Shown piece by piece: positions 37,553-50,460 of a stretch of 64,000 nt of DNA. The notes beneath the pieces were generated by a model. The model worked only from the letters and a program-made list of their open reading frames with translations. It did not search any database and was not told where the DNA came from. Both the position numbers and the translations under genes were made by a program. Within the stretch, counting starts at the first letter, position 1. Each line of letters begins with the position of its first letter. The stretch lies in the NCBI GenBank assembly GCA_964187785.1, contig OZ076409.1:93932001-93996000 (forward strand). Direction: 5' to 3'. The stretch is from Amphiscolops sp. MND2022 (taxonomy: Eukaryota).

Positions 37553-38526
37553 ACTCGCGCAAAGTGGCCCTCCTCACCACATTCATAACAAGCTAGGGTC
37601 TGACGCGATGACTGTGGTTTGTTCCCGCTACCACCCTGGTTGTTGAAGTTGTTTCCATAGCGACTAGCACCTTCATTTGGGTTGAAGAGCTTCTTTTCAC
37701 TGCTGGGGCTCACTGCTGCTTGTGGGTACGGCATCGGGAGCACAGAAGACATGAACTTCGACATCATGTTGGTTAAGTTATTCATGGCTTGACTGACTTC
37801 ATTCATCTGCTGTTTCATCTCACTCATCTCGGGGTTGCTGCTGCTGTTCGTTGTTGCCTCTTGAGTCACCCTGAGTGCTGCCACTCGCTTCGTGGACCTA
37901 TTCCGTATGGATTTCGAGATGGTCTCCAGGTCAACAGCTCTGTTGAGGGTGTCGGTGAACGACCTAGTGTCTTCTCTCAACAAGACCTCGAGCAGATCGG
38001 GGTCCGACAACCCTTCGATGAATCGCTCTCGAAACTGCTCATCCCGTTGTTCCGCCTCCAGATTGCGAAACACTTGCATCCCCACGCTTCGAACTCTGCG
38101 AGCAAAGTCCCTCAGGCTCTCGCCTTCCTTCTGTACTAAAGCTTTAAATTCACTCCTGCCCATCCTGTCATTCCTCAGAACACCGAGAGCTCTGTCCAGA
38201 TGCTCAAAGAGGTTTTCAAGGGTCGGGGCTGGCTCGCCTTCGGTGTCTTGTTTCAGCGCTGCAGGTGCGGCGTGAAACTCATCCAACGCGTGGCCGTTGA
38301 GACAAACTGGTAGAGCGTTAATGGCTTGAATCTGGGTCCATCGGTTTGCTTCTGCTACGGCAGTAAAGTGGGATTTCCATTGTACCCAATTCGGATAAGC
38401 ATTCGAGGGGAATCTATCCGGCCTGAGGGCACCATTGTTGAAAATCCGATTCTGCTGGTCCTTCAGCACCTGCCCCACTGCCTGCATGGCCACCTCCAGT
38501 AGATCTCGTCTCTCGTCTTGATTCAT
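37501..38526 (-). CDS. gag: Gag (341 aa)
   Basis: W..WKSHF..VAEANRW, LVQKEGESLRDFARRV, FIEGL, and zinc knuckle CYECGEEGHFARVC. Confidence 0.95.
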   Translation of the reverse strand: MNQDERRDLLEVAMQAVGQVLKDQQNRIFNNGALRPDRFPSNAYPNWVQWKSHFTAVAEANRWTQIQAINALPVCLNGHALDEFHAAPAALKQDTEGEPAPTLENLFEHLDRALGVLRNDRMGRSEFKALVQKEGESLRDFARRVRSVGMQVFRNLEAEQRDEQFRERFIEGLSDPDLLEVLLREDTRSFTDTLNRAVDLETISKSIRNRSTKRVAALRVTQEATTNSSSNPEMSEMKQQMNEVSQAMNNLTNMMSKFMSSVLPMPYPQAAVSPSSEKKLFNPNEGASRYGNNFNNQGGSGNKPQSSRQTLACYECGEEGHFARVCPKKSEALNSEGPGDQ

Positions 38527-38601
38527 CGTTTTGTCAGGGGATAACAGCTAAGTCCCAGTAAAACAATTCCAAAATAACAGCAATACAGAACTACGAAAAT
38601 G

Positions 38602-38619
38602 GCCCACCCAGGAGCGCCA
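38602..38619 (-). other. Primer binding site (tRNA-Asn-like)
   Basis: Plus strand GCCCACCCAGGAGCGCCA resembles the 3' 18 nt of metazoan tRNA-Asn(GUU); 1 nt from the LTR. Confidence 0.8.
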
Positions 38620-38620
38620 C

Positions 38621-41371
38621 TATAGAAATTTTTGCTAGAGGGTTGGAGAGAGATCCCAATGGCTCGATTCTAACAGAAAGGTTTGGTTTTTAGTGAGTAA
38701 GTTTCGTCCACGTATCGCGTATTCTTTTCACAAAGTCTCTCCGGTGCTCAAGTTTCGACTCCAAAACACTATGGAAAAGTTACTTGCAATTAATACTCTA
38801 ATTCAGGAATTATCTGGATAATACAAGTCGAAGATTTCCACAGTATATAAACTCTCAATCAAATAACAATAGCACAGCAGGCGAATGAATTATATACAAT
38901 AACTCGACAAGACTGTGCCAGAATCACGATTCACACTAAGATTTCCAAGTCCCGGACTTGTAACTAATTCTCTGCTCTCGCTAAGCAGTTAGGTCAAATT
39001 CGATCTCGAGTAGGTTTCTTGCCCACACGCGGCTCAACTTACTCTTGACTTCGTAATCGTTCTTCTGTGTCTATTCGGTCTCTTTTTCCCTCCCTGAGAT
39101 ATTTATTCATCAGCCGCATTTTTGTTGTACCGATGTCGCTCTTTTATTTGCATGGTTTTAACTTCATGTAGTTTCATTCCTTTTATGGCATGGCAGCTCC
39201 CTAGTTATGTTTCGGCCAGACATACTTCGCCGCCAGCGACAAATACTTCAATAAAGGTTGTACAAAGTTCACATTTCAATAATAATTCAAGCCAACCAAG
39301 ATATTTCCAATATCGAGCCAATCGTTTAATGACCTTCAGTTACATGGTTTACATGCTCTCTACGTGTGAGGGTTACTTTTCCGTCCTTTTGGGCGCAATG
39401 CATCGCGAATTCTCTCGCCTGGCTGAAATGCATAAATTATCGCTTAGCGGCGCTGATTTACATGTTTTATCATAAGTTTCTCTATATGTTCCTAGGTTGC
39501 ATCTGAAATGACCTTGAGGTCCATCGGTGACCTTGAAGTTATTTGTCCTCATCTAGTGTTGCTACATGCCAAGTTATATCGTCCTAGGGTCAATGGTCTT
39601 CGAGTTACGTGATATGCGTATCGTTTGTTTATTTAAGGCGGCTACCCCCGCATGGGTTACAAATACGGTTTCATTCACGTTATAAATCGACTACATTCAT
39701 CATTCCGGTTCGTTTGATATATTACAAGCCAAGGTCAAATGTCATTTATCGGTCGGGCCCGCGCGTCCGGTCCCGCGTGCCTTAAACAAACATTACTCCG
39801 CGCGTGGTGGACCGATCAATGTATCTTTCATGTATATTACTTAGGGTTACTAGGTGAACATCTTGGGTAAGTTTCATGATCTTCGGGTCATCCGGTGGCT
39901 AATTACACAACGTTCCGGGTTTATTTACTTAGGGTCCGTGCTCCTCTTACACGCGTCGTGGGTGTCCGAAAATGTGCGCAAACGGCTTAATATCATATGG
40001 GCTATCGATCCTATATATATCCCGTGCACTTATCCCGTGCTTGGCCGACGAGTTCGTAGGGGGGTCGACCTAGGTCACTTCCGGTGCTAATAGCCCGGGA
40101 CTGGGGGTTCCCGGCTCGGTTTCGTTTTTATGGATCAGTAGCATAACAGCTCAGGTATACGTGTGCCAAATTTCAAGTCCCTACGATAAATAGTCTTTGA
40201 GAAAAACCGTTTGGGGGGGTTTTAAAAATTTGTGAAGTTTGGTTTTTCATAGTGTATCTTAGAATATTTTCGGCCAAAAGTGGGACTTAGTAAAATTCGC
40301 TCTTCGAGATCAACTCTTACTTTGCCAATTCGAATCATTTCATCGCTGACGTCACTCGCTAACTTGTTAATTTTTGTAAACCATTTGTCGTATATTTGTC
40401 ATTCCTTCGTCGCTAGTAATTGTTTGCTCAAGCTCAATATTATACGAACCTTCGCCTCAATTTCAAGTTCGCCAGTAAGTGGCTATGGAAAAGACTTTAT
40501 ATGACAACATCGTTCGTTTCCTGCGAGAAGGTACATATCCTACTGGCGACTTCCACAGCCGTTTCGTCCTCAAGCGGTGTGCGCAGAAGTACACGCTCTA
40601 CGGCCGCCGGTTACGACAAGGTTCCCTCGTTGTACTCCACGAGGAGGAGGCCTTTGATGTTCTCTCCTCTTTGCACTTGCGGAAGCAGCATATCCGTGGT
40701 CCCAGTTTTCTTGCTGCCGTGAAAAAAGAGTTTGTTGTCAACCGGGCCTGGACTTTGTGTTGCGACGTTGTGAGGTGCTGCGCGGAGTGCACCGGGACTT
40801 ATACTTACTGCAGGGAGGGCGGTCCCCTGGTTCACTACTCTATCCGGCAACGCAAGGGATTGTGCCAGAAGATCGGGATACCCTTTGTTCGTGATCTCGG
40901 CCTGGAAAACGCTCCCGAGCTGGACCCCTCAAATTTCGCCCCAGGACTGTTGACATGGCTGGTCCCAGAAATTGTTTTTGCATTGTTCTCTCCTACGTTT
41001 TATCGGGGACCTGTCAAAATGTGGCCGCTGTTGAGGAGTGGGTTAAAAAGATTCGGAGAGGCCCACACAGCTCCCTCTATAGAACGTTCGACGCAATAGT
41101 GCCCGATTCTTTGGATGATGTTTCCTATCTTACGCGAACAGACATTAGGATTATTGCTCGAGAGTTGGGAATTAACCTCTATGAGTATTTCGCCAGCACC
41201 AACAAGCGACCCGCCCGTTGGGAGGTTTACTCAGGAAACAAGAAGGGTGCCGACCGTGGCGGGGTGTATTTCGCTTTTACTCTTAAAAATGGGCGTGGTC
41301 ATTCGTTGTTAGTCCGGGGTTTGGAACCGATCTCAGAATAAGTTCAGGTTAGTTTTAGAAATTTTCTCACA
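38621..41371 (-). repeat. 5' LTR of element 2 (2751 bp)
   Basis: Direct repeat of 29103-31812 with +39, +3 and -1 bp indels; starts TA instead of TG on the plus strand. Confidence 0.97.
40485..41341 (+). pseudogene. Second copy of the H2C2-OTU gene, with a 1-bp frameshift
   Basis: tggacccctc (4 C, ~40925) vs tggaccccctc (5 C) in the other LTR splits the ORF into the 206-aa and 128-aa pieces. Confidence 0.8.
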
Positions 41372-43148
41372 TATGGCAAGCTAAAAAGGTAACCGTGCGC
41401 GTATTTTAGACAAACACGACTACGAGACAGAAGCACCAAGTCTTAACAACGTTTCCACTGCCCGCTTGACAGCGACATGCAACGAAGGCCCGGGGAGTTT
41501 GTAATGCTTTCCTCTGGAACACCGGAGTACCACGACTGAGACTTGAAAAAATCATTGCAGCCAAAGTGACGTTGACATCATGTTTGATGAAAAGACCTGT
41601 CCAACAAATTGACGACAGTGAACACACAAAAAGCACGCGAGAGAGACCGAGAATAAGAGATCGTGAGACTTACGCTTGCAAAACATTGCGAAGAGCCAAA
41701 GACTCCATTAGCGACTGCTAATAGCGCCAAGACGATGAAACTACTACACGCGTAAACTTGGCATTTTGTCATGTTTTTGTCCTGAAATCCCCAAAATGAG
41801 TCAATTGGCTAATTTTCACACACGGTGCCTTAAGTGTCTAGCTAGTCGGATGTCTTTGGCGCGAAAGGAAGATGCCCATTATTCTTAGCATTCTTAGCAT
41901 TAACAGACTGGTACAGGTTGGTGTGTGCTCAAACGAAGCGGGACCCCCTTCCCTAAGGACACATTTCATCCCTGAAGGCAAAATCAACCTGCTGGCAGAT
42001 GGGAGTCCGTCCCGTGCAAAGCTCCCCGTTCCTTCATGTTGCTGGTAACACTGTCTAGCTGGGCGGCAGCTTGACATTACAAAGCGTATTTGTCGCAAAA
42101 AACACAACACTTCCGCTTGCAATAAATTATTACGAACAAACTACAGTCCAAAGAGACTTCAAATCGTATTGTTTGATCATCAGCACACTGTTTCAATAAC
42201 AAATTCGATTCTCCATTCTTTTGAACTGTTGCTCGCATCGCCAATGGGTAACGTTTTGTGTTTCTGGTCTTTTTCAGCAAAGTTTCTAACAGAGACAGGT
42301 TTGTTTTCCAGTTCTCCTAACTACAGTTTTATAGCAGGTCTTCCAATAGTTCGGGTGGTTCGAGGCTAAACAAGTTTGATAAAGAAAAGGACATCGGTGT
42401 ACAATGGACTGTACATATATCATACATGTGCATACTGGATTGAAACATCCTCCTATTCGAAATTGTAAGTGTCTTAGATTGCTATGCTCTGTGAGAAGTT
42501 GAATTGTTTGCCTCGAATTCCTATGCCTAAAGGGTAGGACATTGCTCAAATACTTCGGCAACACTCCTTCTATTTTCTCTAGGAATCCAAAATTACCAGA
42601 AAAATAAATTTTCTAAATTGGTTGTTCCACTTCCTGTAGACCATGTTTCTCATTGACCCTTGGCCGTAAGATAGGAGTGAACCAAGTCTTCTACTAACTG
42701 CAACCAACGCCTGATAATTGGTGACTTGTAAAATTCAAAAAGCAGAGGATACGATCGTCATCGGGACTATTATTGGCTAACTTTGATTGCCTTTTTAGCT
42801 GTTTCGATTTGAATATCAAGGGGTATAAGATTGCTTTTACAATCCGGGCAAAAGTTGAGGGTTTTGATAATTTTCACAATTCCCGATGAAAGCGAAATAT
42901 GTCGATCTAGGAATTACTATAGTATGACCAAGTTTCTTGGACGTGTTGATGAGACTCATTGATTGATTGCTCAAATGACTTTTTTAGTGCTTCCGAGTGT
43001 TTGCAGAGCTCTGTTGCTTGCGGATAATAATTGCTGGAAGAATGTTAGTTTGTCATCATCGAGGACACGGACACAGAGTATATAAATGTTACCGAGACAG
43101 TATTGAGTATATATTTTACTCTGTCGACTAAAGATGAAACAAAAGTGG

Positions 43149-43873
43149 TGTAACGAAAAGCGCTTAGCGTTTATCCGCTACGCGGAGGAACTGAAGCCAT
43201 AGGTAATGATCCGGGACTGATCGCCATGATTCCAGTTCATTTTGTCCTCCTAGGGAGCGCCGGTCCCCAGACGGGAGAACCGTCTCTAAGGATGCTTTCT
43301 GGTTCCGGTGTGTAACTGCTACTAGTCACATGAAATACGCTTTTCTCCTCGAATCCCCTGTGTAAATAGCCTGTAAAAATTGGGTTAAGCTGTATAGAAC
43401 TGAATTAAATGGTCCAGATGGAAATCCATCATAAATGACATTAACATTAACAGAGGTAGCTCTCGAGTAAAGAATTCATCAAACAATTAAGTAACACATC
43501 AAAGAGGCACGAAAACCCAGTTTGGCAATTCTAAAATCACTCTGGGTGGCATGGCACTGGTTCTTAGGTTCGACACAACCCTGGGTCCGGGCGCTGCAAT
43601 CACTCGGACATGCTGATTCCGTCTGATTTTCGATGGATACCATGGGAATTAGCGCATAGGCTTACGATTTTTCAATTTCGTGACGTTGTACGCACTTCTC
43701 TTGTCGTTGTGTCACTTTCTTCCGCTTCGCGGGCCTTGTTGATCCACGCTCTCTATGATTTTGCGGGACTGGTACTTCGTGAACACATGTTTGAGGGCCA
43801 CGTCACTTTTGAACGAAATTTTCAGAAAATCGTCAAACTTCGAAAATTTCGTCGGTCACAGGGTGCCGTTACA
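43149..43873 (-). repeat. 3' LTR of element 3 (725 bp)
   Basis: TGTAACG..CGTTACA; direct repeat of 61254-61987. Confidence 0.95.
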
Positions 43874-43883
43874 TCCACTCCCT
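43874..43883 (-). other. Polypurine tract of element 3
   Basis: AGGGAGTGGA on the minus strand abutting the LTR. Confidence 0.7.
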
Positions 43884-44658
43884 GGGCTCCTGGCTTGTCG
43901 TTCCCGAAAACATCGGGGGTTTTCGTCTGAAGACAGGACATTGCCCATGCTGTGGATACATCTTGAAGTTGATGTGCCGTTGCATAGAACAGCTACTTTT
44001 GAGACCTTGCCTTTTCGGATCTTATCGCAATTTTACTACAAGACCTAATATTTTTTACAAATAAATCGAGACATTTGTAGCACCAGCTCGAGAGCTTGAG
44101 CTTCTAAGGTGTCTTGAGCCATTTTTAGCACTGGAGAGGACTAAAATGTCTCCTGCGGCAAGTGCCTGCTAAAATGTTTTTGTCTCATTTTTTGTAGAGA
44201 TCTTTTTTTGCAGCTTTGTTTAAAACATCTTTTCTCAGGAGCGTAGAAGCTCCGTTTACAAACAGACAGTCGATAGAGTGTACAAGACTCAGCTAAAGGG
44301 TATTGATTAGAGTTTAAAAGATTTTTTTGGCGACTATGCCCTCGCACCTGGTTTTCTCCTTTTTTTTGACAACGCCAAAGGCGTTTGTTGAAAGAAAACA
44401 TTGTTAGCTTGATCATTTCTTTTTTCAAGAGCTTTGTTAACGTAACGCTAGCACAAGGGGCAGGCGCACTCTATGGCCATACACCCGAGGCGTAAATCTA
44501 AATCAAAATGTCTAACTAACAACAGTTAACTAAAATTGCACCAATTGAATGCAGCACCGTAATAAGGCTATGAAGTTTTTTTGGAATTTTTCAACACGGA
44601 AGGCCTAGCTTCCCTTGATTGATTGATAAAGCTTCAGGTTCGTTAAAACGTCGACAGT

Positions 44659-47600
44659 TCATTGAATAGTAGATTTGTTCCTGCTTCGAGGAGAGATTTC
44701 TCTTGGAGGCGAGGCAACGCTCACTGACGCTCGTCGGACTGGCGAAGGCACAACAGTTTCGACATCGGTATCAATAGTGAGATCACCGATGGGTTCTGCC
44801 AGCTCTACATTTGGGGTCAGCTCTGCTGCATGTTCTCCAGAAGGACTAGGAGTTACACGCATAGCTGTGTTATCTACTGTAACTTCCGCTTCATTGGTTT
44901 TAGCTTCTACCGTCAATGGTTGATCCAATGACATCGCCATAGTAGGAGGCTGTGACTGTTGTGACGCATATCGAGCAACGCGTTCCTCTTCAACACGGTG
45001 GTTGGCTGCCAGGGCTACACGCTTTGATACCCAGCCAGCTTGCTTCCAGAGTGCGCAAGCTTGTTTCCATACGTCGAAATTGCTGATTTCCAGATTGAGG
45101 CATTCCTCGTCCCATTCGGCGCGCATTTCTGCGCCTAACACCTGGTTCACTATGTCCAATAACGACAACGGCATATCTCCGGACATGGTCATGCGTCCTT
45201 GTGGGCGCCAGGCAGGCTCGTATTGTAAGGGGGCCATTCTACGTGACAGGTTGCGATCACGCACTAGTGCCGCCACGTGAATCCATTTGGGTACATTGGC
45301 CACGTCTTAGTGCCGTAATTAGTGATCCAGCAATTCCTTCCCGCGTCCAATTGAGCGAGCGCGAGGGTAGCCTACTGGCTTTTTCCAGTAGCGATTGGGT
45401 ACCTGGATGAATTTAAACTTGTAGTCCGAACGGACATGCGGGCTAAGCTGCAAGCAGGGATTTATCACTTTCTTGATAAAGTCTGACGACCAAGAAAACC
45501 GGAATGATTGTCCATTTAGGTAAACAGGAGCATTATACCAATTGATGGGACCGTATTTCCTTGGTAAGACGGCGGCTTTGCGCGAGCAGGCACGGACAAC
45601 ACCCATCATATTTTCCTCCACTTGTTGCTCAGTCTTGACAGTGGTATACGCTTGGGGTACTTCGCCACTGTAGGTTTCTCGTATCATTTGTGCATATCTC
45701 ATAGGCGGGCTTCCCTGAAGGTACGTGAAGATGGATACCGTTGCAACATGCACTGCTAGGGATACTGGCTTGGCTGGATAGCGTAGTAGTCCAAGAGCTC
45801 CAAAGATTGGAATTAAAACGGGAGCTACCACTGGAACTAAGTCCTCTACTTCGGCTAGCGTCACGTCAGCCAATTGTTGCGGCATCGGAAAGCCCGGGTT
45901 TTCACGAGGCAGCTGCGCGTCCGGATCGTGTAGGGGTTGAGCTTGGTCCACTCCTACAAATAATCCTGAAGCATAGATCAGTGTGGAATAGAGCCAGTGT
46001 TTCACGGAAGCTCCCATTCAGAACTAATACTCGATGTATTTGTGCCCGTTTTGTGTGAAGAGAATTTCTCCACACACAAGCAAGCTGGTTAGTTTTCCTT
46101 GAGCCAAGACTAGGTAGGTGTAGAATTCTAGCACTCCACCGGATGTGACCAAGTCTACAACGATGGCTAGCGGTCCAGCTACAAACTTGGTAGGCCCAAG
46201 GGCTATCGCAAGGGCTAACACCTCGTTTACCGAAGTTTCTTTAAGTGTTTCAGTGAGTCTTTGCAGCTGTCCATCGGTCTGGTTGAACTCGTCTGCAATG
46301 ACGTCCATATGCCAACCCAATCCAAAACTTGTCAGCAATGCTTGGAAAGAGACAGATAGGGTCCGTGCGGTCATTTCTAGAGTGACTGTGGCTAGGCGAT
46401 CGTTATACCAATCCCCGTAAGTGGCCTCTTTGGCTTGGACCAAATTGCTAAAGGTCACGGCCTCATGGGCTACAATGTGCCTAATGCCCAGTGGCTTTTT
46501 GATAATTTCTGTGTTGTCGGCAAATTGAATTTGGGGAATGGTCTTTTCGACCTCACAGTTAAATGGCCATCGATTTAATTGATCCCAGACTGCTGCAAGG
46601 TCTGCCTTGATGGTGTTGGGATGTGCTTCGCGGACCAGCCAGTTGTATCTGCGCTCTGCGCATGTTCTCGCGTTCTGCAATGGTTGCTTCTGAGCCAATT
46701 CGCTTTCCTGTTTCATCGAAGGTTAGCGTGCCTAGACGCATTCCATGGTCAAAGTATATTGCATCGTCCCACGTTAGTTGGGCATTGCCACCACGTTCCA
46801 CTGGTTGCAATAAGCGTGATATTACTGCCAAGTATGCGTGTACTGAAACTGCAGCCGGACGTAAGTTGTCTTTTCCGAGGCGTAAGTTAGGTGCGCATAG
46901 GTAGAATTCGATGTTGCGAGCACTGCAAATTTCTGTTAGCATGTAGATGAACTGCTGGAACATTCCTCCCCAACAAAACATTCCATTGGGAGAAACAAAC
47001 ATCGCAGGCACTTTTAGGTGTGTGCAGAGCAACTCTGCCGTACGCTCCATTGCAGTTGCCACTCGATGTAACACCTTGATTACTTCATTTCTGGCTGTTT
47101 CGTTGTTTGACATCTCGCGCAGCAAATGAGGTAGATTTTCCAATAGACCTTCGCAGGCCATGTGGTCCATCAAATTGGCAAAATTAATGCGACTGGGTGG
47201 AAGTTCGCTCTGGGCACCTTCGGGAGAGAATAAGGCTATAGCCACCTCGGCCATTTCGGGCAGTCGCGATAGAGGCATAGTCACAACCAATACGTCAGGA
47301 ATAACGTTGTCGAGAGGAAGGTCGCATGGGACCGTTGAATCAATCATCACGCAGTAACGTGTGCGTTGAATTGCTTCTTTCGAGATTGGTTCCATTGCTT
47401 TCAGGTTTCTATTGGCTGTCTGTTTTCCAAGTTTCACCTGGTCGCAGCGAATATCTGGCCTTGCATTGTTCATGTATGTTGTTTTGCATAGGACGAAGAT
47501 AATTGTCATGAGTCGTCGTGCGTCGTCTGATTACTCGTTGTTCCCACGCTGCTTCGCCTGTATCTGCGTCGAAGGGGCTCAAAGTTCGTGTCACATGGAC

Positions 47601-48995
47601 GATTACCGACAGCTTTCGCAATTGTGCCTGGTGGGTGTTAGTCGGCGGTACTCTTTGACGGTCACGGTATTGTCGGTCGTTTAACTTGGGGGCGACTTGC
47701 CAAATGCGATTAGCATCTCTCGTTATCATTGACCCTGATACATTGTCCGATTGTGGGAAATACGGTGGGCCCGTGACTTTCGTCCCAGACTTTGCTGTCG
47801 AGGAGCTCGAGTGCACTGAATTGTCGGTGCTCTCTGGCACAGATGCAGGGCTTGGAGCATATCGTTCCATCACTTCTTTCATCGTCATCTGGGGTTCGGA
47901 GATGCCATGGTAGCCTACTTTTGGTGGTTCCTGTATCACAACAGATCGAAGTACATTGTTTCGTTTGTCTGGCGGAGGACGACTTGTTGGGCTATCATTG
48001 TTGCCAACTAATTGAGCCAGCTCATGTGTCGATGCCCTTTTACGGCCAAGTTCTTCATCAGATACGGGCGACAATCCAGGTAATGGCGAGGGCGCTCGAA
48101 TTCTGGTCGCGCTAGTACTAGGAGTGAGTGGGTCGGTGCTTGGACCTTGACCTTCTCTCTTGGTCAGACAACCCTCTTGTTGTCCCCTGCTTCCTAAGAG
48201 ATTCTGCAATCCTGGTATTTGTCTCGAGACTGTCTCTACGAAATCCCTGGACTCGGGGTAATTTGCCACTACCTGTAATGCTTGTATTACAGCTTGTTCA
48301 CTGGGAGTCCTGTGTGACATGCCAGGTGCAGTTACGCCTGACCGCATGGATGGTGGTGCGGAAGAATGCACTGATTGCACTCTTGCACTGGACATTGGGC
48401 TGGAAGTGCCTGCTTCTGATTCTAATCGTGGAGTAGCGCTGAGAACGATATGCGGCGCATGGGCTGCGGGAGCACTAGCATAGGGCGCTACTTGTGCTGC
48501 GGATGGTGTTGTTGGTTGGGCACTTGGCAAACACATTGGCTGAGTTCCCGATTGCGGGTGTATTTGTGATTGAGGCTGAATAACCAGATGTGCCGGGTTC
48601 AAAGGTTGTGGCATGAACACATTTGCAAGTGGAATACGCAGGGTAGCCTCTTGTTCGACAGTCGGTTGTACACTGGGGCCTCTCACTGCAGTGCATCTGT
48701 CATCAAGAAAAGGGTGGGTTAGGTCATAGCCATCCCATACTCCATTTCGACAGGTCATGGTACGTTTGTACCCTGCCACATCTGCTACTATAGATACAGC
48801 TAGACTGGGTAGAGTAGGCTGTGTCTCCAACTGTGCTAGGAGAGCAGTGATCCCAGCCACAGCTGCCGGCGAAAAGCCGTTGCGCAGTCTCTCCTCAATA
48901 AGTTGCACCTGATTAACTCGCTCAGTTCGCGCAGCGTTTTGATTGGGTTGGGGTTGAGCAGGCATAGCTGCAGAGGCCGTGTGAAGGTATGCCAT
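44659..48995 (-). pseudogene. Large extra ORF (~1,400 codons when repaired): P/S/Q-rich N-terminus, SGNH-hydrolase-like domain, unknown C-terminal domains
   Basis: Five abutting ORFs (528, 316, 230, 232, 214 aa) joined by two frameshifts and in-frame stops; blocks CVMIDS, VTMPLSRL, FANLMDH, ICSARNIEFY, KDNLRP. Confidence 0.7.
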
Positions 48996-49233
48996 CTTAT
49001 AATGGGTCTAAAAAAGATACTTGTTAAAGCCATTATTCGGATGCTGATTGGTGCCTTGTTAAAACCAGTTCCATAAGGGAACTCGTCAAGAAAAAACATC
49101 ACTAAAGTCAATGATAAACTAAATACAGGAATGCTGAAGGCATTCTTTTTAAGGTTTAAGTGAGCAACTAATGTTTAAATAGAGTGTACCGCAAAGTAAA
49201 ATTGTCTGGAATAACCGTGGTTCACGGCTACTT

Positions 49234-50460
49234 TCAGTTTGGGAGATGGCAACAAGGTGGTCTAACACCTACTTCAATGCCTAAAATAGACACGTACACG
49301 CGATTGTGCAGTACTACGTGTATGTTCGTGTCTACGAATAAGTCCATCATCACCCGATACAGGTTAGTTATTGAGTATACTGGTTTCTCGGGATCCAGTA
49401 TGGGAAAATGGATCTGAGGATTTCCCCTGTCCTCTAGCTATGCCACTAACTTCCTCAAGCATAGTAGAAAATCATCAGCTATTAACGGCCCACGTTGATT
49501 CGCGCGAGTGATCAGTAGGTGTATTGTTTGGGTGGGTTTATTGGTAATCGTGGGGGTCAGAGTAAGTATTTCTCCGACTTGCGGGCGTAATGAGAACACT
49601 TGCTCCTTGCCGCATTCCCGGAAGATGTAGCGTAGCGCCGCCGAACTTGTTTCCAAGTCCGCTGGACATGTCAAGGCAATGTGTCCTTCCGCTTGTAGAA
49701 AATCAGTAGTGTCGTATGAGATATATTCTTTTGTGTCGGGACGCAGATTACCTGGATACACTCTCTATCGACCCGGTCCAATGTCCGCAGGTATACACAC
49801 ACGTGGTGTGCGACCTTGTATGCTGGCTAGATCCTGCCATACAGAGCGTGGTAGTGCTTGGTTGTCTACGTTTGCTCGAACCCAGATGTCCAGCGTGCTT
49901 ATCGCTGCTTTGACTTGTAGGGGTTCCTCGAAAGTATGGATCCATTCGTCCAGCAAACGGATTCGCGGATAGTCAGTGAAACACGTGATGATCAGCTCTA
50001 ACCACCAACGGAATTTCACCTTGCCTCGATACCAATCTATTACGTGGAAACAAAGAATCAGGTTTTCTGACGTGGAAGTCCTGAGACTCTCCAAGCATAA
50101 TAGCAAAGATTGCCGATCCATTAACGCGTCGACGCGGGATGCGGTTACCATGAGCCACCAGTATGGGGCTGGGCTGTAGATGCCGCCTAGTTCCACTTCC
50201 ACTCCATACCGATCAAGTAACAGGTCAGCAGTGATGCACCTGGCCATTTGCACTGGTTCTCTTTCAAAATTAAATGGTCCGAACACAATGCTGAGAGGTA
50301 CCGGGGGTACCACAGTGGCTAGCGTAAACTCTAAGCCTTTGCCATCACTGGTCCATTCTTTGAACCTGGGACATGGTGCTTTTGCAACGCCTGGTGCAGC
50401 GATTTGTTGCAAAATTGTCTCGTTTGGATATTTTCAGTCCGTTCTACCCCAGAGAAGGTT
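49234..50460 (-). pseudogene. Tandem TARG1/OARD1(Poa1p)-like macrodomains
   Basis: One frame with in-frame stops at 50434, 49765 and 49438; repeat 1 MARCITADL..WLMVTASR..SLLLCLESLR; repeat 2 IALTCPADL..QVGEILTL..IHLLITR..FLLCLRKL..IHFPIL..DLFVDTNIHVVLH. Confidence 0.72.

Larger units (their letters stand above)
29103..41371 (-). mobile_element. Young full-length Ty3/Gypsy LTR retrotransposon with 2.7-kb LTRs (element 2)
   Basis: Near-identical LTRs, perfect TSD TATGG (29098-29102 and 41372-41376), PBS, PPT, intact gag and nearly intact pol. Confidence 0.97.

Noticed and set aside
33974..38275. Long plus-strand ORFs (e.g. 245, 196 and 170 aa) opposite gag/pol
   Set aside because: Antisense shadows of coding sequence with no recognisable motifs
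41377..43148. Short Cys-containing ORFs between elements 2 and 3
   Set aside because: No coherent domain or exon structure recognised
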